The position numbers were made by a program, and so were the translations under genes. This document shows, piece by piece, positions 14,530 to 26,500 of a stretch of DNA of 64,000 nt. Location of the stretch: contig CM038999.1 of assembly GCA_017499595.2 (NCBI GenBank), positions 1,798,001 through 1,862,000 on the forward strand, given 5' to 3'. The notes under the pieces were generated by a model. The model did no database searches. It saw only the letters and a program-made list of their open reading frames with translations, and was not told where the DNA came from. This DNA comes from Psilocybe cubensis (Eukaryota). How positions within the stretch are numbered: position 1 is the stretch's first letter; each line of letters opens with the position of its first letter.

Positions 14530-17500
14530 TTACATAGAAATAGCACGGCCCAGCCCCACTTCTCGTGTTTCTCGAACGACTGGGCGCCCCCTTACAGTGC
14601 CCTTGACAGGCTTGAGGTCGTGTAAGGCGTCAAATGCTTTGTCGGCTCTGGTATAATCCAATGTGCGAGGACTCTTGTGCGTGAAACCAGCAAATGCTAA
14701 AGCCTTCCGTACGTCCAAAATTTCTGCGCCGTGAACCTTATGTCGAAGTAGAGGATCTTTGGTAGCATCTGGAGGGGCGCCATTGGCAGGTGCTAAAGGC
14801 TTGAAACGTAGAATGATTGAGTAAACTTTGCAGTGAAAGTGGAATTTGCCTGATCCATGTTTACCTCAGCAGGAATATCGTCGTCAAAATGGCGCGTGTC
14901 TTCAGGACTCGCAAGTTCCGGGCGGTAGGGCGCAGGGTAACGATGTATATTCGCCCAATCGATGCCTTTGAACCAAGGATGGGCCTATGCCTAACATTGA
15001 AGGGATTTATGAATGAATGCGAGAGCGCAGAGACGGACCTTGATGAGGTGCGCTCCGTCACCTTCTGAGGAAGTTAACTGTGAAACAAACCCACTTCTCC
15101 GCGCTTGAACGACCATGGAGTCGGGCCGCAGAGTAGAAGATGACGTTTGAGAACCCAATCGATCCTCCGGTTCGCAAAGCAGTTGTTGCATGAGGTTGAC
15201 ACCCTCAAGGGACACCTTCGGCCGAGAGGGAAAACGTAGGGATTGCTTCCAGTTCAATATCTTCTGTCTAGTGACATGCCGCTTGATGTGAAAATCAGGA
15301 ACACTTCCACATGGTTTCCACATAGATACACTTACAGAGTTACTAACAAATGGCGGGAATCTATTACATGGCTGTAAGGCAGGTGTAGGGGAAGCAATAG
15401 CAAAAACTGACCCATATAAGCATTCGAACATGATAACACCAAGACTCCACCAATCACAAGAGTAGGAGTAGCCATGACCTCTAATCACTTCTGGTGACAC
15501 TGACAAAACGTCAGACACAGATTTGAGTATGAGTGAGTGGACTCACTGTAGGAATTGGTACCACATCTGATTAAAGCCCGACTCAGCTTCGTGCCATTGC
15601 AAAGAAAGGGAATGAAACTGTACATACACAGAGTAGGCTAACTATAACTCTGAATGAGACCTGTTTCTTATTATGATTGACTGCCAAATCGTACCTTTCT
15701 TCGGTTTTTCTCGCGCCATGTAAATATACCCCCTTCCCCCTCGCCACCTCCCATTAGAAGTTCGACTTCCTTGGGATCCATTCGTTTGGTCTTTCTTCCG
15801 TCAGCGATACCAATAGGGTCTTCGAGGTCTATACCGTGCTTGTGGAGCAGATGTAATCTCTGTTGTTCATAATCTGGAACAGTGATTTATTTAGCGCTTA
15901 TCAATGGAAGATTGAAACGAAACATGACCCACACGAAGTATCATGGGCCCAATGGAGATCAGTTCTGAATGGACGGTTAGAACACTGAAGCGCCAGATAG
16001 AATGTAGCGAGGGAAAGACTCACGCTAAGCCGAAATCGCTGAGCTTGATGTGTCCTTCTGGATCAAATAAAAAGTTCTGTCGGCAAAGAAATATAGATCA
16101 AATGTGTATGAGCGTTCCATAGAATACGCACATCTGGTTTAATGTCACGATGGATAAACCCGTGGCGATGACAGCTTTCTATCGCGAGAATCATCTTACG
16201 AGTTCAAGGTTAGTCTCGAGGGGTATGGAAATAATGTGGAATGGAAAGTGGTTACCTCGGCAACATAGAATCTGGTAAAGTCTTCTTCAAAGACATCCCT
16301 CTCTATCAGAAGGTTTAGCAAGTCTCCCCCGCCCATGTATTCCAGGACCTGAGCAAGAATGGTGAATTTAATAACACGAAATGAAATCGATATTAAAAGG
16401 GGCCGAGGTCGGTAATCTTGGGAACATAAATTGTTGATACTGACCAGATAAAGGTGGTCGCGGTCCTGAAAGCTATAGTAAAGCCTTACTATCCACTCGG
16501 CACCACCCGGGGTGTGAACCAAAGACGCAGATTTGAGGACATCGCGTTCAGCACGGACGTGGCCTTCCTGGCCTTTCCTCAACATGTCAGCTTTACGCAA
16601 CTAAGAATGACGTTCAGCACATAGTCACTACACCTAAACATGCTACCCACCTGCTTCATTGCGTAAAGACTACCAGTTGACTTCTCTCTCACGAGAGAAA
16701 CGACGCCAAACGCACCTTTAGTTGAATGGTGTTAGACAGCACGACGAGGTTGATCAAAAGAAGTGAATTCACCGTGCCCAATGGTCTTTAGCTTTACAAA
16801 CGAACTAGCATCAACTTTTTGCCTTCTTTCTCGCAAGTAATCGGTCTCGTTTTGCCTCCATCGAGCCCGAAGTTGCTCCTTCTGTAGGTGGGTTAATTGC
16901 ATCTCAGCCATATCCTTTTCCATAGCCAGTTTTCTTTGTTCTCGCGATGAAGGATGTCGGAAGAGTGGAAAATATAAATTCTCAAAATAAATGCGGGCAG
17001 CCACAGCTTTTTCCAAAGTTGCAAGGGATGGTGATATAAGTCTCGGTGGTTTTACAACCTGTACAGTCTCTAACGACGAGTTCGGATCTTGATCATCCAC
17101 TTCTTGAACTTCAGGATGAGATCTAAGACCCCCCAAACGAAAAGTAGAATTTCCAGCTCTTCCTCCTGGAAGGCCTTCTGGGTAAGAGGAAGTAAAAATT
17201 ACATTCTCCCTGGCGGCTGTCGTGAGAGAAGAGGAAGTGGCACTGGTGGTACTCATTCCATTTACGACGTGAAGCTGCCCAGAAAGGGGTCCATCCAGTC
17301 TACCGCCTTGAGACGGTTTGAGAGCGCTGACCACTTCGTTGATAGCCTTTTCTTGATTCCTTTGTCTGATATAATTCTTGATCGGGTTTGCCCAGTGAGG
17401 ATCTTTGGATTGTTATTAGAGACTGAAGAGTGGGCTAGAACGGTCGACTAACCTCCAAGCTTTCCAACACCATCTGGACCCCAGCGCGTTAGAAGAGCTT

Positions 17501-18015
17501 CAAGCTGGTCTGCATCGGAGGCATGTACGAGATGACTGATTAAGTCGCGGTCAGAAAACAAAGTAAAGATGACTCTAAGGATCGTACACAAATCCTGTCG
17601 GTTTGGACACCATGTCTTTGCTGACACGCCGTCCTCTTTTGGGCATAGCCCGCGTAGTTGGGGTGGTATCCAACTCCTCATATCTAGGACCAGCAACAAC
17701 AGGCTCAGGAGGGGGAGCAGCAGTTTTCCAGAGTAAACGAGATGGAGAAGGAGTAGGAATCATGGCTAAGAGGTCATAGAAGCCTTTGTGAAGGAACGTT
17801 CCGGCTGGAACAGATGTCGTCTGAGGCTCTTCGTAGTGGTCCGATGGAGGATAAGGTGCGTGTGGATGGTACGGGGAGGGTATCATATAGGGGTCGTGAA
17901 AAGAATAGATAGCATTAGGTATTGCAGAGGTATACTGATCTTGCCATGAGTGCACAGGGGTGACCTGGGCAGGTGGAGACGGTAAAGGACGCTGCCGACG
18001 GGCAGGGGTAGCCAT
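14530..18015 (-). CDS. AGC/NDR-family Ser/Thr kinase (Cbk1/Orb6-related) with an N-terminal CRIB-like motif
   Basis: Mob-binding NTR (ATLEKAVAARIYFENLY...ETDYLRERR). Catalytic motifs IGHGAFG, HVRAERDVL, HRDIKPDN, DFGLA, LAYSVCGTNSYMSPE and CDWWSLGVIMFECLYG. Hydrophobic motif AFAGFTH. Confidence 0.93.
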
Positions 18016-19146
18016 AGAAAAAGAACAGCAAATGTTATAACGATTGGAGATGACGACGACAAGCTACAGTGTTCGTCGATGGCGGCGATGAGCCTACTTG
18101 GGCATCGTCGGGCGCAGAGCCGTGCCTCTACTGTCGCAGCAGGACAAGAGAGGCTGTTTATATCTTGAATGATGCTGATTGCAGAGGCGCTATAACATGA
18201 TCCACGTGACATACAGAATATTACGTCATTGCTGAGCATCTATCCTTATACGGACGGTTGTTTTCCAGTCGCGGTTTGTCTGTTTCTTTTCTCTTCCTAT
18301 AGCAAGTCGTTCTGCGCTGGGAATTCTCTGCAGATTGGATCTGCGTTGACACAGCGATTTGAATTTGTCAGTTTGCCTCCGTTCCTTGCTAGTGTGGTAT
18401 TTATATGGCCCAATCATCCGCCTCGACGGATGGCCCAGTGCGCTGCTCATCAGTCAAGCCTGCCTGCGACATAGCATGAACCTGCGTCGGCAGTCGTGGG
18501 TCGCTTGGACCCCATGTTGGCGTGGATGCGACGTGCATTCGGTCGAGCTGGGGTAGGATCGATGACTCTGGAGTCTGCTTACCTACTGTTTCTATCTCAG
18601 GAAAACATGAGGCTTTCATAAACGATCATTTATTAAAATTCCTTCTCCATTTGAACTGGCAGAGCATCATCGATTCATCGTCAATCTTGCTATCATATCT
18701 GGATGAGGGACCCGGAAACGCGGTTCTTTTCGATACAGGTCCGTGAAAAGCTTTCCCGACTCGTGCCTTCTGGGCTTCCTACGAGGCTTAATCAACAAAA
18801 CAATGGCATACCAACTACTGCCTTGACTTTAAACACATTTCTATCAGCACCCACTTGCCCACAACCTCCAGCATCTCGTATCTGATCTTCAGCAGCCACG
18901 CGCACCGTTCCAACCCTTTTCCATTCGCCTCGACAAAACCTCGTTGCATCTTCTGCTAGTGCATGTTCCCCACCTTGTTCTTCTTCCCCTGTTTTGACAA
19001 CTTTTCTGTGCTGCCGAACTCTTCAGCGCGTGCATGCTTAAACGTGTTCCTTTTGAAGACGTTATTTAAGTTCGGACACTTCTTCCATTAATTTTCACCT
19101 CCTCCCATTTCCTTTTTTTCTATTACTATCTCTTTTCACTAATACT

Positions 19147-20593
19147 ATGACGAGCCCCAACAACAAAGATCGATTCTATACGACTGTAGGCAAATCGCGT
19201 CGAAGCTCGCCAGGAGATTCACAAAATAGCCACGGTGCTTTATTTCAGACGGGACAGGGTGGGCGACCAGTGCTGCCTCCTCTTGCTAATAACAGCCCAC
19301 CAACCTCACGTTTGACAGGTCTGTTCTCTCCATCCAATGTTGAAATATCGTCAAACTCAATTTCACTATCTTCACCGTGTACAGTGCCCGCTGGATATTC
19401 TAATGCGTATACACAGCCGCGTTCTGCTCCCAACAAGATTGGTTATGAGCTAAACCCACAAGTTCTGTACGGTACTCCTTACCAAGCAACGAGCGCCTGT
19501 GAGTAGACGCTCATATTGCCATGATTTTTAAACCCTTTGATTTCATTCATATCTTTTTTACAGCGCCGCAATTTCCGACCGGTTTTGGCAACTATGAAAT
19601 GCATGACCGATATTCTTCTCCCCAACCTTCATATCCCGCGTTTCCGTCTAGGTCTTCAACGCCTAACATGTTAAATCCAGCAGATTCAAGAAGGCTCCCT
19701 CCGTTGTCGACATCTACTACTCCTCCTTTAGAGCGCTGGCAGCAAACTTCCTTTATGCCACAGCAACCTGCTAACTTCTTTGGTGCTTCTATTCGTTCTC
19801 CGACTGCCTCTTATCCCTCAGCATATGTTCCCTACTCAAGTGGGAACCACGATGTATATCCCTATCATATACAAGCTACGCATGACCACCTCTCTTCTAT
19901 AAATCCTCAGGGTCATGCGCATGGACATGGACATGGGCATGGACACGGACACGGACACGGGCATGGGCATGGACACGGACACGGACACGGACACGCTCCG
20001 ATGTTCGACGACCCGCGATCTACTTCGCCTTATAGCCGCGGCTCAGGATCGTCTCATCCTCCCCCTCCTCCACGAAATTACTCTCCTCCGCCGGTCTCCC
20101 CCACGTCTCCAGTCGAAGAACCAGCAATCAAAAAGAAGAGAAAACGTGCTGATGCCGCTCAACTCAAAGTCTTGAACGAAACCTACAGCAGAACTGCCTT
20201 TCCCTCAACCGAGGAGCGCATTGCATTGGCCAAGATGCTCGATATGTCAGCACGCAGCGTGCAAATATGGTATTATCCATAGACAAGCCTATAACCGTTT
20301 CTATACTAACGATGTAGTGCAGGTTCCAGAATAAAAGGCAATCGATGAGGCAAACCAACCGACAGTCATCGACTGTGGGATCTAGCTCTCACCACCCCTT
20401 CTCGATGCAAAATCAGCTTGATCCTATGACTGAGGATCTTGTTGCTCACCCCCCGTCCGGTTATGATACCGGGTCTGGAGGAATGGGGGACACGATGTAC
20501 TTGACATCCCAAGAGGCTTCTCGATCCCATGCTCACTCTCAACACCACTACCACCATCATTCTTCTTCATCTCATCGAACACCCCGCGATTGA
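19147..20593 (+). CDS. Homeodomain transcription factor with a His-Gly repeat
   Basis: KKKRKRADAAQLKVLNETYSRTAFPSTEERIALAKMLDMSARSVQIW|FQNKRQSMR (intron inside WFQN). Long Pro/Ser-rich N-terminal region. Confidence 0.93.
19911..19994 (+). repeat. Coding hexanucleotide repeat (GGRCAY)n encoding a Gly-His tract with 14 His
   Basis: ggtcatgcgcatggacatggacatgggcatggacacggacacggacacgggcatgggcatggacacggacacggacacggacac. Confidence 0.95.
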
Positions 20594-21365
20594 GAAGATA
20601 TCGACACATTTTGTCAAAGTGCAAAAGCGAATACCGTCGCTCTTGTCCATCGTCGTCATCCTCGTAGCTACATCCGCTCTTTTGATCCTTATACCATGAC
20701 CATACCATCTTAGAAGGCTTTCTTGGCCATTTAATTTATCTGCCCCAGTTTCATTAATAGCCAACCTAATTTTCTATCGCTACGTATTTGATCGGACGGA
20801 TACTTTATTTTTGCCCTTTTCATTATTTGCTCAGTGATCGTCTTCATACCCCCAACCCAAGCGTAGTTTATTACTTATATCTTTCTTACCTGTCTGTTAC
20901 AAATGTAGTTTCTAGTTTCTGTACTGTTTACTTCCATTCCTTTACTGTTTACTGTTGACATAATTGAGTCATCGATAGCATGGAGCTTCCAAGTAATGTT
21001 TACAGTTCTCGCCAAGTATACTTTTATCATCTGATCATCATCATTTGGAGTCAAACCACACCCTCTTCTGCCCTCTAATCACTATCACTAAAAATTGATG
21101 TTGTATTGTCACTCATGGCGAGTACAAACCTGTTGTGTTACCCATATTCATATCATTGAGCAAAGGACGGTATAGCATGGAGTGGTACACCCAATATAGT
21201 TACTTAAGTTTAAGCCATACATTACAGACCAATATAATAAGATCGTCAGACTTGACCCAGGACACCCTTTCATTCTAGAAGCCCCAGTCAGGGGTTTCTT
21301 GTTTATAGAAAGGTGAATTGCGCACAAGGAATCTTGAATCTAGGCCATAAAAAACACGCGTGTGA

Positions 21366-22695
21366 TCAGGTTCCACGCAGCAACGAGTTCCGCCTTTGTA
21401 GTTTTCTTGAGCCAAGATGGCACTGGCGGTTATCAGGGCCAGGGCTGGAGAAACCAGGGACTGACGTCTGAGGCAAGCTTCCTGCCACAGTTGATGATAT
21501 ATTCGGTGTAGTTGTTGCGGGGCTTCCAACCTGTCCATTGAAGGTAACGGGTGGAGGACCAGGGACGGTGAAAGACACTGAATCGGCATAGATGTTTGGA
21601 AATGTCACACTTGCATACAATGCCTGCACAGTGACCAGTTGACTATCCGAAGGAGTGTTTGTTCCTGATCCAGTGATCTCAAGTTGTCTACGCTCAAGTT
21701 AGACGTTTTTCACCTTCATCCAGGTGGGGATACCACTTACGAACAACTAGGGTAGAATTGTGGTTCTGAAGAATGCAATGCGATGCTGAAAGATAAAGCC
21801 TTAATTAGTAGGTCAATAAGTCCACCACAAGTGAAGTACATTTCGTTCCGCATGAGCTAATGGAATTTTAGGTGAGTAGAGGGCAGGATCTGATTAGGGG
21901 GTACGTATGCCTACATATTGACCAGGTGCTAGTCCAGCCGGAATAGTGGAAACCCAGGAAAAGTTATCTATAGTAATCCGAGTAAGCCCAGTATGACCAT
22001 CAAAAGAAAATGTTGACTAACTTGCGATCAGTTTGGCAGCTGCCCATTGCTTATTGGAAGGGTCGTAACCATCGGCGTCGATTTTGAACCAACGAGCGGT
22101 GTTCGCAGAGAATAACGAGCAATCGCCGTTACAAGAAGTCATGTACGTAGATACAGGCCCTTGGTGGTCTGAAGAGTGTGAATTTGTGACAAGAATATCG
22201 GCAGAAAGGCAATAGAAATACCAGCAGGCCACTGAAAAAAGAAAAATTATTTTGTGACCACATTTTAACACACAAATGCTCTCACATATTCCCATTGAAA
22301 GGTAACTTGTGATCCAGACGGAGCGTTGGCAAGAGCAGTGGTACCGACGTCGCCACCATGGTGGCATGCAAGATCCGAATCATTACCCGAAACTAGACGA
22401 GAATCGGGGTTATTAGAAAATAGATCTGATAATGTTTTGGACGTACCATAGCCATCGTTTAGCACTTTGCGGACAATCCGAGGAGGAGTGATAGCGTAAC
22501 TAGCGGAATGTATCAAGATTGACAACCTCTAAACACGGACAGAGAAGTGAATGCATACGGATCTACAAATGGGTTCCATCCGGGATATATCTGCCCGTTA
22601 GCCACGACACTGTGCACAAATCCATGGCCAGCTATCAAGTGTACCAGTGAACAAAGCACAATGATTTTCGAAAGAGAGATGAGGAAGGGCGTCAT
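21366..22695 (-). CDS. AA9 (GH61) lytic polysaccharide monooxygenase, secreted, no CBM1
   Basis: Signal peptide followed by mature N-terminal His (HGFVHSV). WPADHQGPVSTYM carries the second His of the brace. Also WFKID, PGQYLMRNEIIALH and PQFYPSC (axial Tyr). Confidence 0.93.
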
Positions 22696-23003
22696 TGAAA
22701 TTCGCGCGGTACAGTATCAATTGGCTCCCGGGGTTCAAATAAGATTGTATGCGCTGTTTCCTTGCAGCCTGCGACGAGGCAAGGGCAAGGTACCTGTAGC
22801 AGTCAGTGTGTTGTCCGCAGCTTCCACCACTCGCTACTGGAGTTTACTTCGCTTCGAGGCAAAACCAAGCCAAGAAAACTGATCAATATCAGATAGGCGC
22901 ACATACATTATACAGCACACTAATCATCTTGATAATGGCCAGATGAAATGGCGATTATAACGTAGTCCATAGTGCCCTTACAACATAGGGGTACGCAGGC
23001 TCA

Positions 23004-23367
23004 TCACTGTCCAGTTCGACCTTCGTGTAACCCGCGCAACGTCTGTGAGAAGAAAAAGCTTAAAAAAAACTGCAACGGAGAGTAAAACCTGGATCCCATT
23101 AGCTGGATATACAGTGCATCGTGTTTGACTCATGGCCCGCGGAAAACCCATGAGGCTCCAGAATGGTCCCGGCGGATGAAAAAATTCATGTCGCATTGGC
23201 AATCCGCCTGCATGAATCCTCAAGCCGAGCAGAAACGTATCAAACGCCTGAGAAGCGTCGTGTAAGTCGGACACTAGCATATTGTAGAGCGCTGGACGTT
23301 GGTACAGCAGGTATAAGCCAAATGAAGTTGTCACCAAAAGCAAACCAAATGAGGCAAAAAATTCCAT
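23004..23367 (-). CDS. Possible small orphan protein (~105 aa) with an N-terminal hydrophobic segment
   Basis: ATG at 23367 (MEFFASFGLLLVTTSFGLYLLYQRP). Plausible 46-nt intron 23043-23088 with a strong pyrimidine tract and CAG. No recognisable domain. Confidence 0.3.
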
Positions 23368-23523
23368 ATGCAATTATATCAGAGATAAAAAGAAGTGTCT
23401 TGAATTATGTAATAATCTTCCAACTGGAATGAGGAGATATTTTAAAAGGTTAAGTACCTATTACATAGATCTAAAAAAGAAGAGAATAAGAGAACCCCAG
23501 GCAAATAAAAAAAAGCAAATAGC

Positions 23524-26500
23524 TCAGTCGCTGTCAGTATCCTCAGGTTTAGGACCTCCCTCACTGAGCCAACGCAACTTCCTAAGCCGTCTTCTCTCTT
23601 CCTGGGCCTTCTGCTGGTTACGCGTCATCTTCTTTTTCTTCTTGACCACGGGTTTAGGACCTCCCTCTTCATCTCCGCTGGCCACTGGGGTACCAGCAGC
23701 AGATGCGACGGGAGTCTGGAGGCGTGATCTGGCAGGAGTGTTGGCGCCACTTCCTTTAGGCGTTTTATCCAAGAAGCTGTCATCGACAACCGCGGCCTTT
23801 CCTTGGTGGGTAACGTGCCCGTTGTCCACATTCCAAATTTCAGGGCCTGAATTCAGAAAGTTAAGGAAAAAGAAAATAATGAGCAGCAAGACGCAACTTA
23901 CACAAAGAAGTGATGAATTCGTGATTATGCGAGATGATAACCTGAACAACAGCCATGAGAATGGATAGGAGTGAAAGTGATAGTTGACTCACAACTGCAC
24001 CGGCCCATTCCTTGATTGCCACAGCTAAACCACCCAGAGCCTCCCTGTCCAAGAAATTACTGGGTTCGTCAAGGATACATATCTACAGTAAGAAAAGTTA
24101 AAAACAAGCCTATCCACTGCGGCGTTAAGTACCTCACCTGAGGGTTATTCCAAAGGCAAGCAGCGATCACCAACTTGATTTTTTGTCCTCCAGACAAGCC
24201 CGAAATTTCATTGTACTGGGCAATGTCTCCATCAAGGCCGATATCCTCCAGATGCTTGCGCACAAGGTGAGCTGAAGTATCACGGGAACCGGCACCTTCA
24301 CGGGACGACTCGAGGTCATCGAATTGTTGTACAATCTTGAAGAATCCCTTTTTGATGAGATCTTCACGGCCGACCCAAGTATTGTATTTGTGGTCCAATC
24401 CCCGCCACTTGACCTCATATTGGAAGGATTTTTTTAGTTTTTGACGACCCATAATCAACTAGGGATTATTTGAATAAAGCTAGGTATATGCCACATTAGA
24501 AAGATGCATACCTCGAGTTTGCGCTTGCTGCCATCCTTTCCAACCCACTCTTGTTCCATGATTGCTTGTTCTTCAGGAGTCAAAACTCGAGTCGCTTTCT
24601 CCAAAAGTTCACCTATCCAGGACTTAGTTACATTTAGGAGTTCATCAAGTTGGAGATACTAACGATCATGACCATCTTGGAATCGCCATTGAATATATCC
24701 AATTGGGGTCTTCTCTAAGTGACGTTCAATGTGATGGGTCGCATGCTGGGAAACATATCCAACTCGAAGAGCGGGATGCTTATAAACTGTTCCCTCTTGG
24801 GGGATGGTCTCACCCTACATCTCATTTTAGTAAACAAATGTGGTTAAAGAGAGTTGAAGCATACAGTGAGGAGCTTGATCATTGTGGATTTTCCAGCGCC
24901 GTTTGGCCCAACCACTCCAACTCGACTAGCAAGATAATGACCATTAGGTTATATAATCACAAAGGGAGTATTCGATTTACCTTGACAAAGTCAACGCACA
25001 ACTGACGTTATATAAACTGGGTTTTGACCTTCCGGGATACGTGAATGTGCAATTCGATAATTTTAAAATAGCGCGCGTATTGCTTCGGACGCCCATCAGG
25101 GAACCCGGAGGAGGGAATGAAAATTTGACAGAAGTAGCAGCAAGGGTATAGTAGGATTTTGCCTCAGGATGTCTTTCTACGAAGGATGAAAGGTTTCCAG
25201 GATAATATACAAGCTAAAATCGAGGAACTGTTAGTAGAATTCTGTGACAACTGAAGGTCTACCGACCTTTTTAGATTCGTAATGTATGATATCTGTCGTG
25301 ACATTATCCAAGAAACTGTTGTTTGTGGTTGAACGATGGTGTCAAGGGGGAGTAACATAAGAAACATACCCAGAGTCGTGACTGACGATCAAGCAGGTAA
25401 CATTTGTCTTGCTTTTGAGGTATGCTTCGAGCCAGTTTACAGAATTACGATCCAACTAAAACGTGCTCGTCAATACGCCTGTTTTGTAGAAGACCACATC
25501 ATGATCTTACATGATTAGTAGGTTCGTCCAGCAAGAGAAGATCAGCGTTGTAAAGCATAGCTCGAGCGAGCTCTAACTTCATTTTCCATCCTCCCGAAAG
25601 ACCGCCAACAATATCAGCTTGGCGAGCGTCGTCGAACCCGACTTCAGTCAGTTGGTCCCTGATCTTTTCTCTGGAAACATGGGCTAAAGCTTTATCTGAA
25701 TGGTACTCAACATCAAAAAGACAGTAATTGCAACGAGAGACGAGATATATACCGGCGGCGATGAAGTCTAAAACAGACAGTGAACCATCTTCTCCCTGTA
25801 AAGAATGTTCAACCATAACGCAGCGAAGTTGGTCTTGGGGTGGGAAGTTTTCGACTTTTCCGTCACGGAGTTGACGCATCAAGGTCGACTTTCCTGAACC
25901 ATTGGTACCCAAAATACCGTACCGTCGTCCACGGATAAGGCGAAGAGTTGTATGGGATAAAAGAAGCAATGCCCCATAGGCCAAAGAAAATAGAGTGTCG
26001 CATAGTAGCTCGCCTTCGGAGGAGTCATGTTCTTGAGCAACGGCATACTTTGACTGCGAAATATATGAATAAAAGAAGTGACAAAAAATTTGATCTACGT
26101 ACCTGGTCGATAGCCAAGAAGTGAGCGAGGACCGCGTCGGAAAAGTCATTGCTTCTGGCTTCATCGATCCAGATTGACATATACACAGCGATGGAGCGTC
26201 TCCAGACCTTTTTGTCGCTAAAGTTGCGCTTGAACACAACATCAGTGACAAGCTCGGCCTGGAAAGCCAAGGAGACTTCGAGGCCGGCGTATTTTGGGCG
26301 CTTGGGAGCATTCGGTAAAGAGGGGTTGCCCTCAGCCAATTCTTGAGGTAATACTGTTTTCAAAGTGGCTAAAATCACGGCCGCCTCAGCTGGGATGTCC
26401 CGGTGGACTGGCGGGGGTCCAGATGAAGATGCTCCAGATTTTAACAATGTCTTGAGAGCTGTGTCACCGAATGCACGAACCTAAGAAATTTTTATAAGAG

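Noticed and set aside
24330-24560. Chromodomain-like sequence suggesting a chromovirus retrotransposon
   Set aside because: It is the normal chromodomain insertion within ABC2 of eEF3/New1 proteins. No RT, integrase or LTR is present.
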